The notes beneath the pieces are model-generated. The model did not search any database. It saw nothing but the letters and a program-made list of their open reading frames with translations, and was not told where the DNA came from. Of a DNA stretch of 64,000 nt, positions 46,663-60,011 are shown one piece after another (positions within the stretch are counted from its first letter, which is position 1; each line of letters begins with the position of its first letter). Origin of the DNA: Amoebophrya sp. A120 (Eukaryota > Protista > Dinoflagellata); assembly GCA_905178155.1 (NCBI GenBank), contig CAJINV010000004.1, positions 8,894,411 to 8,958,410 on the forward strand, read 5' to 3'. A program made the translations under genes and the position numbers.

Positions 46663-48670
46663 ATGTCCGCACCAGGAGAAGGCACTATCAGCATGGGCAA
46701 GACAAGCAAAGCGACGCGGCAGGGAGCAGCCGCGACGGGCGCCCCGCTCGTGACCGGCGCACCGCCCCCCCCCCCCCCCGTCCGCTCGACAGCACGTTTT
46801 GCTCCCACCGGGAAAGGCGTGTCGCCGGTGTCGCGCGAGGTGGACGACTACTGTGCGGGGGAAGTCGCCGCCGACTGTCCGCCTGTGGTCGGTCCGCAAG
46901 GGGATGTCGAAAGCGGATTTTTGGACAACAGCGACAAGAACCACGACGACGAAGACGATGTTCTTTCTGCCGCCACCGGCAAGGATGATGCTGCAAAGCT
47001 ACCGGGGGCGGACGCCGCGCGCTCTTCCTTCGTGTCCTACGACACCTTCCCGGCGAAACAGAAGCCGCACAGCAAAAGACTCTCAAAGCCGGCTTTGGCG
47101 AAGGTTTCGGCCATTACGGCGGAGCGTGCTTTCTTCGCTGGTGGCTTGGGCTCTCGTGCGTTTCTGTGGACGTCCTGCGCCTTAATGGGTTTGGTCTTGA
47201 TTCTGATGACCTTCGGCTGGGACACTGCAGGAGCAGGTAAGTATACTTTGCTGCATGAGATTTGTGCCTCAAGCTGATGAACAGCGACTGAGAGTTGTGT
47301 CTATACAGGATGCGAAATCGTAGTAGGAGTAGTTCTTCAAAGTCTTTTTATTCCACCTCCCTCGGGAGCGAAAGCGAATGCACGGCCAAAATTCAGCGTA
47401 TTTATGCAAGGGTGAAGAAGAGCCTGGGCTGCATCAGGAGCTCGCGCATGATCATGCGAACTTGAACTTCAAGGAAATCCTCGCGAAAAAAAAAAGCATG
47501 GAATCAATCGGAGATCTTCTTTTTCTTCTTTGTGAGCAGTCGGAGTGTAGAACATCTGGACGAGGATGTCAGCGTATTTTTTGAAAGTGAGGAAGTGTTG
47601 AAGTTAAAAACTAACCCCAACAGTTGACGCATGCTTCGGCTTCCTGCTGCCGTCTACGGTCTGGTCCGAGACGCTCTGGACGCGGGGCCGATGGCGTCGC
47701 GGACGCATCCCTCCGCTATCCAATGCAAACTTGTCTTGATATGGAAGATGAAAACAAACTGTTGCAGACCCACACACTTGCCATGTAGTTTTTGCACCTG
47801 CGAAGACGTCTGGAGTGCACGCGGAGCGAGCATGACAAATTCCGCGCAGGCTTCTCCATGCCTACACCGCATGAGGAGTCGGCCTCTCTCGCTGGGAAAC
47901 AAATTTTTCTGGGGTCCATATCTTCGAGGCAGCTCAGTAGATTGCTCTTCCTGCTGGTGCTGCCTGAGGTTCTGCCAGAATCAGGCTCATAACAGATTTG
48001 CGTCCTCTTTTTCCGGAAACAGACATATTTGCAACTCATGACCGTGAAAGCGAAACAATGGGCAACTGTGGCAGAGAGAACTGCATTCTCGCAAGCGGGA
48101 GCAGCAAACGCCACCGAAGCCGCGTCGCCGTCGTCCTTCATTTTTACCGGAAAACAGCAGGTGCGAGATCCATTCCACTCATACGGGTGGGAGAAAGAGG
48201 AGCTGCTCTGCAAAAACGTAAAGCGGCAAGCGGAAAGAGAAGAGTGCGAAAAGCCCCTTATGTCAATTTATAACGACCACGACCAGATTGGACGCACGAT
48301 CCCGATTGGGGCCTGCTGGTGGAACGACTCCAAATTGGGTCCCTTTCAAATGGGAACCCCAGGGTGTCTGTTGGATGCAGACCATCTGCAAGAAGGTGAC
48401 CAAACCGGCTGGGAGAGCCAGTGTTTGCGTCACAGCTTTTACAACCCGGGCGCAAACGACATCTGCCAAAAGGGAGAGCTGAAGTGGTGCGAGTGGCAGG
48501 GAGCGGAGATTAAGTTGCCCCACGACGATCATCAGTCCGAACAACGATCGTGCATCGGCTACGACCGCGGCTGCTGCGTTCCGCGAGGCAGCAAGGCCGC
48601 GGGAATCGGGTGGAAGTTCAGCCCCTTCAAAACCACCAGTCGCGAGATCGTGGCAACGATCTTCTACTGA
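46663..48670 (+). CDS. Hypothetical type II membrane protein with Cys-rich C-terminal domain; middle exons uncertain
   Basis: ORF 46663 with TM FLWTSCALMGLVLILMTFG and gtaagt donor at 47237; exon ~47635-47716 joins ORF 48029 after introner removal. Confidence 0.55.
47717..48040. mobile_element. Diverged introner family A (324 bp)
   Basis: tatccaatgcaaacttgtct...agacatatttgcaactcatg; flanks tccgc/accgt; frame restored (HPS|AKAKQW). Confidence 0.75.
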
Positions 48671-51142
48671 CCGTTGTCTTCGTCGAGGAGGAGATGTTTT
48701 CGCGAAGTTTTTTCACGAATGTGCAAGCTCACCATCTTTTACAAATTTAATTTTTTTTTTGGAAAAATGAAAACTTCAACTCTGACTGAAACCGCGACGA
48801 AGAAACTCGTCCGACTATGTTAGTACTAGGCGTCATCGCTGACAGAACGTAGTAGCAAAAGCCGGGTCATCGCTTACAGAACGTAGTTTCGGGTTGTTTG
48901 AATGTTGTACAAGCCACTTTGTTTTCATCAAATCTTTTCGAAGCTAAAAGTAAAATAAACCAGACAAAATTTAATTTCTTGTTCGCTCCTTATCTGACTT
49001 ACTCATCAAGCAGCAGACGCGACGACATTCAAACGCAACTGCATTTTGTTTTCAACGTTTTTGATTTTGCTTTGCTTTTCTTGTTCAAGTTTTTCAAAGT
49101 AAAAAAGCAAATGGAAGTACTTGAAGTTTTTAGCATCTAAGCGGTTCTTCTACTTCTTCTTTGGTTGCACGCCTACGGCACTCTCCGGCTGTCTTCGTAC
49201 GAACTATTTCCGATTCTGCGCATAGTCGGCCGGTAAGTGCGCCAGGACGTAATACCAGCAAGGCCTACGTTTTTTTTTTTTCATCGAATCAACAAGAAAT
49301 GCCATTGAAAGAAGAAACGCATTCAGATCAACATTACCAATCACCACTCGTCGTCGGAATACGAATTTCAATTTCCGTCGCATTTTCTGTTTATTGGAAG
49401 TTCTTTTACAACACCAGCCGTGCCAATTTTCACCCCGTATTTCTTTCCTGTGGAGGTCCCCGGCGTTGTTCAGAAAACAGCAGCCCTGCTGTAGGCATTT
49501 TTAGTGCCGCCCAATCCCCGCACACCCAACACTGGATACGCAAAAGCACCCAGCACTGGATACGCATAAAAATAAAAATATCTGCGCATAAAGTACCCGA
49601 AGCCTAGGACTCTGGACGGCCAAAGCCTAATTGACATGCTTATGGTCTTCTTCAATGAAGATGGAGAAGCGAAAAAACGCCTCTGTGTACTTAGTTTTTT
49701 TGAAGCCTCCACAGCACGTTTTTTTTTTCAACCTCCCGCCCCCACATTGTAGCCCAATAGGTGAGTGCCGCTATCATAGATCTTTTCTTCGTCCGACTGC
49801 GTATCTATAGAGCTTAAGTAAGGTAATATTTAATCTACTTCTACTATGTCTTGGGCTTGGAGCGAACAGGAACAACCAAGCTTCATGATATCTAGACTAT
49901 ATTTGCCAGTCGGACGATGACGATCATTTAGATTGTAGCGGTCTCCTTCTGCGTGCCCAACCCATACCCGGAAGTAGTTTTTTTATATCTCTATTTGTAG
50001 TCCCACCCTGAACGAGTAAAGACGCAAAAAAAAAGCGCTATAAAAGCGCCAGGGCGCTCGTTCAAAACTCTTATCCCCCATTTTAGCAGCTTTGTGAAGT
50101 CGAGCAGGTAAACAATAAGAAGATAGGCAGAATAGTTCGACAACAATTATCCGCAAAGCAGTTTTTTCGAAATCTTTTTCGACCCCCACACGATGAAAGC
50201 CAGAAGCTAGCACTTTCGGGAGACGAGAACTTCCTAAACAGGAAGGGATGGCGTTGCTGCTCAGGAGATAGCACAAAGTGAATGCTTCTAAACGGTTTTC
50301 GAATAGTTTTACCCGACCCGTCCCCAAAAAAATCGTCTCGAGAGGTAAAGCCGCCTCGAAAAGGCTTTCCCCCGTGGAGGTCGTGTTGCGTCAGCAGCGA
50401 GGGCTCGAGCAATGACCGAGGGTGCCCCCGCGAGCCACGCACGCTCTCTAGGTAGGTGCTTTGGCCACCTTCATGTTTGTTCCGTACAAAGAAATATTGG
50501 CGTCTTAATGTGCTTGCGCTGTGCTTGTTGCCTCATTTGTTCTTTCCTCGGGGCCGCATGGTAGTACTTCCTGCCCTTGATGCCCTCTTACTGCAAGACT
50601 TTAGCTATTATACTAACATTGAAATTGATGAAGGTCGGGGCTTGCTCAATGTTGATCTTGTCTAAAACTTTTGATCTTTCGTTGGAGACAGAGATGATCC
50701 ACCTGTCGCAGCAGGAGAGTACAGCACTAAAGATGTTGAGGGACAACTGCAGTTCTACCCGCCTTCCAAGACAGAAGCTCATGGAGGTTTTTGACGGTCG
50801 GTTTAAAATCAAGGTCCGTGTGGTCGAAGAGAATGAAGGTTCTTCGCGCGCTCTGCTTTTTGGTTTTGGACGTCCTTGATCATCGTGATTCATATAAATC
50901 GTAAAAATCCCTTTTGACCAGTTTCCCAACCCCCCATTGGCTCCGTCGCACTCAAAACTATGACCCGCACCTTTCATTGCTCAAATGATTTTCGTTTTCC
51001 TTATTTCGAGTTAATATCTTTCTTCTCGCCAGCTTATCCTGAATTGAAGCTTCCAAATTGAAGAGTAAAAAATGGCAAGCGCGTTCTTAGGTTTGTCGCC
51101 CATCAATGCGCCGAAAGTGGACAACTTTTTAAAAGCGTTAAC

Positions 51143-53592
51143 ATGATGCTCCTCACGTTTCTGCGGAGCCTGGCGCCCTGTGGCGATGACGATACATGCG
51201 CGTCGTTCTCGTTTGGGCGAAGCAAGGCTGGGTCGAAGGAATACAACGATGGCAGCGATGAAAAAGAAGGTGTCGGGGCTGCAGGTGGCACTAATGTCGG
51301 CACGACCACCAGCCCCGAAGTCGTGGTTGCTTTCAACCGCCGTCCTACCGCCCCGAGCGAGCGCAATGCCACGCTGCGACAATCAAATGAGATACTCGCC
51401 GGGAGATCTATCCAGGAAGTTCTGCGGCGGCGCTGCCTCGAATACATCTACGCACGAGAATATCGTGAGAAAAAAGTGTTTCACTGTAAGGCTTTTGCAG
51501 GTTTTGCATCACAAGTTTGTTCTACATGACAGAGAAAATTTGCCATGCCAGGTTCCTAAGGGAAAACACAGCTAAAAATCCACTGTCTTGCATGTGTAGC
51601 AAGACAAATACTTCTGTGTTCAATTTTATGCATCACAAGTTTACAGTGAAACAGTTTTTTCTTGCGATAGAAAACTGGACTGGTTCCCACCTGATGTCGC
51701 GGAGAAGATGCAGGAGATAATATTGAAAGGAAAAACTCCCCCTCCCCATATCGAAAAGGCATGTTTCCGAAAATTTGTGTTGCTGATTTGAGGTCACAAA
51801 TCACATTTGTCTTGCAAGAAGACAAGTGCAAAAGCTTCGCCCCTTTTATGGAAGCGATTTGTCATGCTGTTGGGCCTAAAGGGCAGCCGTTTGCCATGCT
51901 GAGCAACTAGGCCGATACGCCCCTGCATAGCCTGGGGATCTGGTCGCAATGCCTTCCTGCAATACAAAGCTGATTTGTGTACACAAATCCAGCATCAGAA
52001 ATTTCGTTTTGATATGGGGAGGGGGGATTTTTCCTCTCGATAGATAAGCATGGTTAGAAGTACAGCAGAGGAAAATCTTAATCTTCAAAATAATGCCGAC
52101 GCAAAGGAGCTTGGTGTTTCATCTGTTATTTCCCCCGGCGACCCCGATATCGAATGGCTGAAGGTGGCCACGACAAAAACACTGTCCCGGACGAATTCTG
52201 GAAATGTGCAATTAGAGGATTCCGAATCGTGGATCGACTCCTTTCACCTCCGTTACGAGATCGACGAAATTGAGTCTCTGGTGATGCAGCTTCTCAAAGG
52301 TGTTCGTGTTGAGCCGGAAGATGGTCCGAACGCTTTGTGCGAGGTCTTAAACGAGCTGCAGTGCCTGCCGAGAGTCGCGCCCGGGCTGGTGAAGAAAGAC
52401 TGCGCGGAATTTGGCAGTTGGATGTCCGCGGATGCGGTCACCGTGAAGCAAAACGGCTTAAGATTGCTGTTGTTCGAATGCTTACCGCTGGCAACTCGTG
52501 TACAACAATACGTTCAGTCTTCCGCTTCGAGGACACTACTGGGCCAAGAGCGGGCGGGGATTGAGCGGGAGCTCTGGTACCAGCGGGGACGGAATGAGAG
52601 GCTGGTATCGGCAGGGAAAGAGCATGTCCGGCCGGAGCAGCTCGTAGCGCCGATAACTAGTAGACAGGAAGAAGGCGGTAAGAACGCCTTGAAAGATGAG
52701 GATGGCCAGAGCTTGAAGGGATCACTTTACCTGGAGAAGTATGCAGAAATGCTCGTTTCGTCTTACTCCTTTTTGACGGATGCCTCGCTCGGGGAGATCT
52801 TTGGTGCTCTGAACAAAGTTGTCCAAGAACAAAGTAGCGGCCACCATAATTACCGAGAAGCGCATGTACCTAAGCATCTCGATGCCGCCCTTGCCAGCTA
52901 CGTTTTGGAAGTCTGGCGCGAGTTTTCTGCTCTCCCCCCAGACCTTCAGGGAGACGGAGTTCATCTCTCGGGCTCGAACCACCTTGGTGCAGTAGTTGTG
53001 CAGAACACATACCGCAAAAAGATTCTGGAACGTCATTGGTGGGAGAAGGAAGGCCCGGAGTTGCGGTCAAAGATACTTCATCTTGATAAAGACCAGAAAA
53101 ACTACCCCTCGCTCACAGAGGCTTTTCGGCGCATTGAGGGTCTGGAAAGGGGTTTAACCATCGAGCAGAGGGCCCAACAGCAGGTGAACAGATTGCTACG
53201 GGAACATGGGGACCAAGAACAGAATATGAACTGCAAAAGCATCGTATTCGTATAAATGCATTACAAATTTCTTCAGCACGAGAAATAAAATTTGTAGTAA
53301 TGCGGATTTGCCTTAAGAAAAAGATTTGCATTTGTAATGCATGACTGCAATTACCACAAGTACGATACTTTTGCACAGGATACAGAAACTGCTCGTCGAC
53401 CTCTCATCTACTTCAGGACCGGAAATAAACGAGGTTGAGGCGCAGAGGAGGAAAAAAGCCTTTCAGCAGCTGCAACTGCAGTGGCATCCCGACAAGGAGC
53501 CAGATCCGGAGAAGAGGAAAATCGCGACCGCCGTGTTTCAATTACTCCAAGACGAAAAGCCACGGTTTCTTGGCGAAATAAACTGTTCATAA
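51143..53592 (+). CDS. Protein with C-terminal J (DnaJ) domain; true start uncertain
   Basis: RKKAFQQLQLQWHPDK..ATAVFQLL; exons join in frame across introners 51461, 51721 and 53225. Confidence 0.75.
51461..51669. mobile_element. Introner family F (209 bp)
   Basis: TIR tatcgtgagaaaaaagtgtttcactgtaa; TSD gagaa/gaaaa; same length as the copy at 29956. Confidence 0.92.
51721..52042. mobile_element. Introner family E (322 bp)
   Basis: TSD gataa; frame restored (QEI|SMVRS). Confidence 0.95.
53225..53382. mobile_element. Introner family C (158 bp)
   Basis: TSD cagaa; frame restored (EQ|KLLVDL). Confidence 0.95.
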
Positions 53593-54010
53593 GCTGCAAG
53601 AAGTGAGTTCATCAAGTACAATGCGTGTTTGTGATATTCACAAAAACATTTGTAAAAGCTTGAAATTCGGGTACAGTAAGTAACACAAGCAACAGCTGCC
53701 CGAGCGAGCGACAGCTTCGGCCCTAGCCGCATGAAAAACAGGTAAGTGTTCGTGCGAACTGGCGAGAAATACAAGGTTCTTGCTCTTCATTCTGCAGGTA
53801 AGAAAACGATCAAACCTTCGCACAGCATCAGAAACACTACGGCAGTACGGCGCTTTGTTTCTAGGCCCATACAGCCTTCAAGAAAAATATGGGATCTAAG
53901 AATCAATAAAAGTGTTGCACTAGTAGTAACTAACTACAAAAACACTACAATCTTGTCCAGCAAGTTGTAGACGGCGAAACCACAAGCATCAATCTCACTG
54001 CTTTGCTAAA

Positions 54011-57000
54011 ATGGCGCACCGAAAAACAAAGAGGAGAAAACCTTTACCATGTTCCGTGACAGCCGCCACGATCTCCACTGCAGCTGCATTAGCGCTCCTC
54101 GCGAGAGTTGTTCTGTCCGAAAAGCCTTTTGTTCTTTCCTCCCAGAACCAAAACTGGTTTCCCGATCACGACTGCAGAAATTCGGAGAAATGGAACCACT
54201 GGCGGGAACAAATCCGCGACCAGCCCACGTGGCTGCGGCCGGAGAACACGAAGGTGCAAGCGGGAATTGTGGACTTCTACTTGAAGCAAAATCCATCTGG
54301 ACAAGACCAGGCGTACAACAGCGACCCGGCGGACCCAAGTGCTCTCCTCCCCCACGAAGGGAAGATGTATGAGGATTGTTATCTCGGCGCCCTCTACTCC
54401 GGCCTGATCGTCATGCTGACCTGCTGGCTGCGACAAGACTCGTGCTACTTTGAGAACGAGCAGAAACTGCAGAGAATGTTCCCGCCTTTAAGAGTCCTGA
54501 TCGGGACGGAGTGGCCGATATTGGAGACGTTGGCGGAGACAGATTGGTCCGCGAGTCCGAGCGCAAAGGATCTGCAAGTGACCTGCGATTTTCCCACAGA
54601 GAAAAAACCGCTCGTGGACTGGACACGGTTCAAGGAAGTATAGAAAATGGTACTTCTTCTTCTAGTTCTATCTTCTTCTGTAGTACCTGCGTCGTGAAGG
54701 CTGTTCTTGGTGTTGGCTTCTGGAATTTCAATTTCAGTGCACCGCGTGTGCATGTGGTGCATGAGAAGTGTTGCTGTGTACTAGCAGGGCAGTCATTTTA
54801 CATCACAAATTCTTTCTAGGTTTTCACGACCTCGCCAAATTCCTGGTTCGACTACGCCGTGAAAATCGCCTACGGGAAAGAGCTGGAACAAAACACCCAA
54901 GTAGCCATCGCCGAATGCCCCCTTGGGTTCCTGACCGCGAACATTGTGAAAGCGTTGCTCTGCGCGAACACGGAGTCCGTGTGTTTCCCCGCCCACGCCG
55001 GCGCAGTGGATCAGGTGATGGAGAACTTGAGCTTCCACGCCCTGTTCGGGGGTACCTGGCCCATTGGCACTCTGCTGGTGCATTTACGACGGCAGGTAAA
55101 AAGGCATGGGTACATGTTATCAAAGGGAAAAATCCCCCCTCCCCATATCGAAACGAAGTTTCTGATGCTGGATTTGCGTACACAAATCAGGTCTGTCTTG
55201 CTGGAGAGGACTGCAGGCATATGCCAAGCCTGGGCCGAGAGGTTTTGACGTAGGGGACTAGCATGACAGACGTCGGCCCTGTAAGCCCAACAGCATCACA
55301 AACCGCCGGCATAATGCGGCGGACTCTCTGGCTTTGCCTTCTTGCAAGACAGACAGGATTTGCGACCTCAAATCTGCATCACAAATTTTTAGACGGATGC
55401 GTTTTCAATATGGGGAGGGGGGATTTTTCCTTTCAATACATGTTGGGGTTTTCCGAGAAAGAACTGGCGGATCAGTTCTACAACGATGAACATGTAGAAG
55501 TGGACAATACTAAAGTTCGTGATGACACAGACACCAGCGTCGGCGATTTGGGTCCATCTTCATCTTCTGGCAGGATACATGCAGTCACCACGCTTTTTGG
55601 CGCTGCATCTACTAGTTCGAGATCAAGCAGAACAGCTGCACGACTACCAACAGAAAATTGGTGGTGCAGGAGGAGTGGTGGGGAAGCAGATTTGATGTTT
55701 TCTGCAGCGCCAGAATTTCAAGGTTTTGAATTCCGGATCTCCGCCTTTTCCCCAACCATGCAGAACTTTTTAACCTTGGTCGCGAAACGCAAGCTCTGCG
55801 CCGTGACCTGGGACATACGAGATAGCATCGTTTTGACCACGATGGTGTACGGGAAAAAATTCCACAAGTACATCACCCCCTTCCTCCAGCGCGTCGACGC
55901 GGTGGGAGTGAAATTCTTCGTCCTGTGGTGCTTAGACGAAGAAGCGCTGTTGCAATGCGAAAGGACGACAGCTGCATTGACGCCTTCAACATCTTCGTCC
56001 ACGCGGATGGAGGCAAGCCCTGGCGAGTGGTTTGAGCAGAGCAACATGTGGGAGCTGTACGGGGTGAAAAAGCCAGACGGAGAAGGCGGGACGACCAGGG
56101 GCAGCTCGGAGAGGAACTACTACGAGGACCCTAGCAACAGAAAAATTTTCTGCGTCCGCGGATTCACCAAAGGAATTCTGAACAAGTTTTCCCTGCCGTT
56201 GGTCTTGCTGAATTATAAGCTGCACGTTTTGTGGGTGGATTTCGACACGTTTCTGTTCCGAAATCCAGTGGAGGAGGTGGTAAAGCAGATCGGTGAAATG
56301 GCGTTGCGGGAGGATATTCTTGAAGAAGCAGAAGAGGTGGAGCAGCAGGGCACCAGTACTGGTGGGTCTGGAAGAACAGGAGCACCTGCGAGTTTGCCCG
56401 ATCAACCGGATAAACTACACGAACTGTCACACGAGCCCCCAGGAGCGGCTGAGCGTGCCGCCATTTTCGAAAATTTTCCCTTCGACTTCATCACAGAAGA
56501 TGAAAAGGACCACGAAGCGTATTGGAAGAAACTACATCGCAATGGTGGAATAATAAATACCGACATGGAACAACAACAAGGTCAAGCGCCGTCTGATGCA
56601 AAAATTGATATAGCACAAAAATCCGAAAGCGAAACCCCAGCAACTCCCGACCTTCTTCTCTCCGGCAGTTTCTCCACCGAGTGCATCAACTCTGGTGTCA
56701 TTTTCTTCCGCTCGCGACCGAACGTCCGCCGGTGGCTTCTTGAGGTTCTAAAATGGATGTACGATCACCCCTACGAACACGATCAGAAGTGTGTTTCCGC
56801 GTTTCTCGGTGCGGGGGAGCGGGTCGCGTTCCCGCACGAAATGCCACAGGTGTTGTTTGAAGACGATAATTTAATATTTCGAGCGGCGTCGAGGACGAGT
56901 GCGAGTGGAGGTGGACTACGACGAGATGGCACGACAGCTGCTGGTGGTCGTGCGACCTCCAAAAATGACGCCGGCACGAGGACACAGCATGAAGTCGTTC

Positions 57001-57437
57001 GTCTTGTCACCTTTGACTACCTCGACCCCGAGACGAAGTTCGTGACCAGCAAGAACGTCCCGGATGGGGGCTGGACCGGGGACCCGGACAAGCTCGTTGT
57101 GTTTCATTTCTTGCACGGGGAAAGCGACCAGAGTTTGGGGGGGCACGGGTTCACGCAGGACCATTTCGAGTACTTCGATTACATGCAGGGCTTTTACGGC
57201 GCTGGGGCGGTTCTCCTTGATGTAGTTCCACATGAAAATTATACTCGAGAAGGAGAGCAGGTGGATAATCATAATGACGTCGTTCCTTTGCAAATGAACG
57301 CTCTGTACAGTCAACCCGACATGTGGAAAGAGTCTGCTGCCATCGCGGACTCTTTAGCAAGGTCGCGGGTGGATGGGGGCAGACCGGCGAAGGAACTGAG
57401 GAAGAAGTGCAATGAGACCGTGCCTATGAACTACTAG
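54011..57437 (+). CDS. Nucleotide-diphospho-sugar transferase (GT-A, GT77-like) with N-terminal signal/anchor
   Basis: VLWVDFDTFLFRNP (DxD), INSGVIFFRS, HDQKCVS and VFHF motifs; GT-AG intron 54638-54819; introner 55118. Confidence 0.8.
55118..55438. mobile_element. Introner family E, reverse orientation (321 bp)
   Basis: TSD catgt; reverse-complement relative of 51721-52042. Confidence 0.95.
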
Positions 57438-57961
57438 CGGAATGATGTTGAATTCATGTTGGATCTGCGGTGCGTCCTCTTAGTCGCACCGCCTTCAACT
57501 CGACGAAAGCAGGTGCGCAGAAAGAAACATCAAAAACCATTGCTGGAACCGCACTGCTTGCAAAAGACGCACAGTAGAACGATACTGCGAAGTTTCTGTT
57601 GTTCCATGAAGCGATAGTACTTGCATTGGTAGAGAACCGAAGATCATAATTGTTCTTAACGCGTCGCGATCCTGGTCTACTTCGCACTATGTGATAGAAA
57701 GGTTTTGTTGAAAAATTTCACGCGTTTTGACGTTAAAGGATCCTCGACTGGTGAGCATGCTCGGATTTTCGTGGAGTTTTCAAGAATTCCATATTTGGAC
57801 TTTAGCGTACTACTCGTAGGTCACTGTCTTCCGCATACTTAGTGAAGGAACTCCTGCTGCCTATTTTCGTGTTCCAAGATAGAAAAATCTCCTGGTACGA
57901 ATAAGCGTGAGATCATTTTTCTGAACCCATCTTCGCCAGACAACGAACACGTCTCAACATC

Positions 57962-60011
57962 ATGTCCGTTCTTCACGACGAAATGAACCCACCAGCGCCA
58001 ACCGCTGCTGCTAACGACGCCGATGGGAAGAAGAACAAGTTTTCCGCCCAAGATAAAACCTCCGGGAATTATGGGCAGCAGCTGCACGAGGACAACTTCG
58101 ATAGTGCGAAAGTGGTGAAGCGGTTAAATATGAGAACCACGATTGTGTACGTGTCGAAAAAACCGAAGTACCTTGGTGGGGTCGCGTACCATCTGAAAGA
58201 AGAGGACTGGGACTACAACCAGCACGGTGTCTGGACGGATTTCGGCCACGGCGTGACCAGTTTCCCGAAGAAGGACAAGCCGGACCACACGATCAGCGTT
58301 TTTGATTTGCTGCAAGCGATTGAAGAAGCCTGCAAGAAATGCGAAGACAGCTTGGAGCAAGTGACCCAGCTCCACGACCAACCGGCGCTGCTGCAAACCG
58401 ACCCGGAATTTTCCATCGAGGATATGCATTGCAAAAGTATCGTACTAGTAGAAATTAATAGCATTACAAATTTTTCCAGAAGGAAAAATGGAACTTGTAA
58501 TGCTGAATAAGCTAAGGAACCAGATTTGTCATGCATGACTGCAATTACTACGAGTACGATGCTTTTGCACAGGATAGAGGAGGTTCGGAAACGAAAACGG
58601 GAGATTCAGGACGTCTGCCTGTACGCGTTTGACCGGTTGAGGTATGGACGGTTGTTGGTGGAGACGCTGGAGTTTATCTTGAAAAAGCACGCGGACCAGA
58701 AAGAGGAGTTTGAAACGTTGCAGGAAAAGGGGGAGGAGTGCGGGAGAGTGATTAGCGGGTACAAAATGGAGATATTGGAATTGGATAAAGCGCTGAAGGA
58801 GGTACAGGTGGCGCAATACGACGAAATACTGCAGATTCATGGTATCTATTTGTGTATTTCTATTCATACATAAGGTCATGCTTTGTTGTTTGTTGTTCTG
58901 TCTTTTCAGTGACCGGATAGAAATTTCATCTCGATGACGAGAAAACAGGATGCATTGATTTTTTATACCTGCATATAAATAGTTGACAAAATAAAGACAA
59001 AAACAACTCTGGATCATATCAGAACGGAAATCCGACTGGCTGTGCCCCGTCTGTGCCTACCGCAACTACCAAAGGAACAAAGTTTGCCGCGAGTGCATGA
59101 AGCACGGGCGGACAGTGTATAATAACTGCACCGCCCCGGGGCCGCAGGAGGACGAGAATCTTCAAGAGAAGAGAGCTGCGGGTGCACATTATCGGGATGA
59201 ACAATTACCGACGATTCACGAAGAAGAAGAGGAACATGATCTTTGTGAGCAGAAGGACGTGGACGTCGCGCAGAAGGACGAGCTCCACATGGAATCGCAG
59301 CAAGAGGTTCTACTTCTAGATGCGGTCGTCCAGGACAATTTACACGAAGATGATGAACATAATTCGAAGCAACCAGACGAGGAGCAGAAGTCCAACATCA
59401 AGGCGGCAATATTAAAGCAACAAGAAGAAGATGAATTCGACGTCGCAGGGACGAGCCGCGAGAAAAAAGTCCCGAATTATTGTTCTACGACGGGGGCAAG
59501 TAGTACAAGCCCCGCCTGGGTACTACGACAACTACAGGCTCCTCACTCGGGACGAGACAACTCCTCGTCGTCCACTGCTACCCCGGCTGAGACGGCCAAG
59601 AAGGAGAATGATCCGGTGGAGATGAACAGAAAACCGTTCGGCATGAAGAGGCTGGGTGGTTTACTCCCGTTCCTCAGCAAGGCTGCGTCGATCCAAGCAG
59701 CACCAGTAAAGACAGATGACCTCGTCCAATGTGGCACTGTTTCTCTTTCCAGAAATGCAGGAGGAGGAAGCACCAGCAGCCGTAGTAGTAGAGCACCGCT
59801 GGATCATAGGAATGATACTGAAAATGAAGCAGTCTCCAAGCACCCGGATAAAAGTTTTTCAAAGCCTGGGTTCATTCGCATCGACGGGCGGTGGTACCCG
59901 GATTTTTATACGGGTTCAAGGGATGAACAGCCGAGAAATACTACGGAGAACAACAAGGTCGAGAATAATTACCGGAAAAGCGGAAGCTCAAGCTCTTCCT
60001 TAAAAGTGTAA
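57962..60011 (+). CDS. Coiled-coil and RanBP2-type zinc-finger protein (5' part; probably continues at 61111-62382)
   Basis: After introner 58423 and GT-AG intron 58842-59022: DWLCPVCAYRNYQRNKVCREC fits W-x-C-x2-C-x3-N-x6-C-x2-C. Confidence 0.75.
58423..58576. mobile_element. Introner family C (154 bp)
   Basis: TSD gagga; frame restored (SIE|EVRKR). Confidence 0.95.

Noticed and set aside
48832-49570. Short direct repeats (gtcatcgct.acagaacgtagt twice; caccca.cactggatacgca twice)
   Set aside because: Only two copies each and no associated structure; probably local slippage duplications
50577-50879. 100-aa ORF upstream of the J-domain gene
   Set aside because: No recognisable motif and no junction I could support; it may be an upstream exon but is not called
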